Shown: positions 62,677-64,000 of the stretch, one piece after another | Position numbering within the stretch: position 1 is the stretch's first letter | Layout of the letters: each line of letters starts with the position of its first letter | DNA from: Azolla caroliniana | Lineage: Eukaryota > Plantae > Polypodiophyta | Length of the DNA: 64,000 bases | Assembly (NCBI GenBank): GCA_043228905.1 | Contig: JBHGNT010000003.1 | Coordinates: 11,284,001-11,348,000 of the forward strand | Direction: 5' to 3' | Notes under the pieces: generated by a model | The model's input: the letters and a program-made list of their open reading frames with translations, nothing else | Told to the model about the DNA's origin: nothing | Database searches by the model: none | Position numbers and translations under genes: made by a program

Positions 62677-64000
62677 TGTAAAAGTTAATATGCGCAAGCT
62701 TTGACAGAACCGGTTACACCGGATAGCAATAGAGAATAAACACAAGTTTAATGGAAGCTTAGAATAAATAGTTCACCAGAGAGACAAAGAGAGAGCGGAA
62801 CAATAATCTCAATCCAAAATAACACTCTGTGCATACAATGTGCTAAGTGAGCACTTTTATACAAGTCTTTAAAGGACAGACATAAGTATTGACAAGTACT
62901 TCAATGCTCATGCGAGCCACTGACACTAACTCTTAAAAATATGCCTACGTACTAGGCTAGATTATTAGGCCTCTAACGGCCTAGCAGTTACAATCCGATC
63001 AGGCTTTTGGTTCCAGCTACCATCCGGACACCGATCCGACTCTGGCTTGTTTAGAAGATCTAGATCCGGTTGAGCTTGTCCGCTCAATACTCCCCATTAA
63101 GGTCAACTTAAGGTCGTATCGTCAGTGTCTGCGGTAGCCAGTCCTCTCCTCCAGCTCTTCTTGGTGCCCTCCCGCCTGGCTCGCGCTCCTCGACCAGTCC
63201 ATTCCTACTTTCCTCGACCCGTCCGGTTCCGCACTCCTCGACCTTCTCGGTTGGCTTGTCTGCTCACAAGACCCTTCTCAGCTCCTTCGCTATTGTGACA
63301 TCGGTGCTCCTTGACCCATCGGTCCCTTCGTATCGGTGTCAACTTCCGCTGCCTCCTCGTCTGTTTGGCCTTGAGTTGATCCATCTCATCTGAATCAACC
63401 ACCTCTTCCGAATCGAGTGCATCCGATTCCTTCCAGCTCTTGTCCAAATTGGTTGTCTCCAATTCTTCGTCAGTCTTCAGGCCCTTTCCCACATCAGACC
63501 ATGTCGGGGTCTTGGCCTTCTACTTCCGGTCAGCTCTATCCTTCTTGACTCTATTGTCGTTTCCGCTTCTTCCAACTTTACCAAATGTACCGACTTCATC
63601 AAGCGACTTGGTCTCCTTTTTCTTCTTCTCTCCCCCTGTTTTTCCGGTTTCCGTTCCGGTTCCGGTTCTCCCCGTATCAGTACCGGTTCTCCCCCTCAAG
63701 TGCGGCATGTCAAGATGTTGAAGACCAAGCGTCTCCGGAAAATGTTGCATCTAGTAGCACACCAATGTGCGTCCCTTGCCGCTTCTGCATATCTCTCCGG
63801 CTCACGCACCTCTGCCACTTTCGTCATGTACGCATAGTGATGCGCCATGTACTTATTATATCCGTACCTTTTTACAAGGTTCTTCTGGCGGGTGGATCGG
63901 TGTAACTTCTCATTAGCCGATTTCAAGGCCCTCTTGGCCGGCTCGGACTTCGTCTCTAAAGGTCCATCTTCGTTCTTTTCGGAGTTGGATTTGCTCTGAT
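62677..64000 (-). mobile_element. Copia family D 3' end (LTR ~62677-63089, PPT, C-terminal tail, RT deleted)
   Basis: Reverse complement resembles LTR 7221-7604; YNKYMAHHYAYMTKVAEVREP is joined almost directly to LGLQHLDMPHLRG. Confidence 0.8.

Overview
This is eukaryotic, plant-type DNA, almost entirely a nested stack of transposable elements. The element types suggest a non-seed land plant (inference only), and no intact host gene is evident. It contains (i) four Athila-like non-chromovirus Ty3/gypsy elements (1-2240, 4547-15425, 15426-21672, 39212-57395); (ii) a tRNA-Trp-primed Ty3/gypsy group (2370-2891, 21660-22728 and the composite 39836-52649); (iii) two chromovirus remnants (2892-3545, 23190-25531); (iv) several Ty1/copia elements and solo LTRs with 5-bp TSDs, including a young, near-intact copy at 41012-46366; (v) a decayed Sola-like DNA transposase facing a gene with an FCP1/NIF-like domain; and (vi) a decayed hAT transposase. 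The most notable signal is a tRNA-type Pol III A-box/B-box module with conserved 43-44 nt spacing. It lies antisense in U3 of seven LTR copies from two unrelated gypsy lineages. Other notable observations are a chimeric two-family retroelement joined at a predicted transcription start site, an intact ~706-aa Gag-only ORF, and a conserved extra ORF downstream of integrase. All coordinates were read by eye and all family assignments come from remembered motifs, not database searches.
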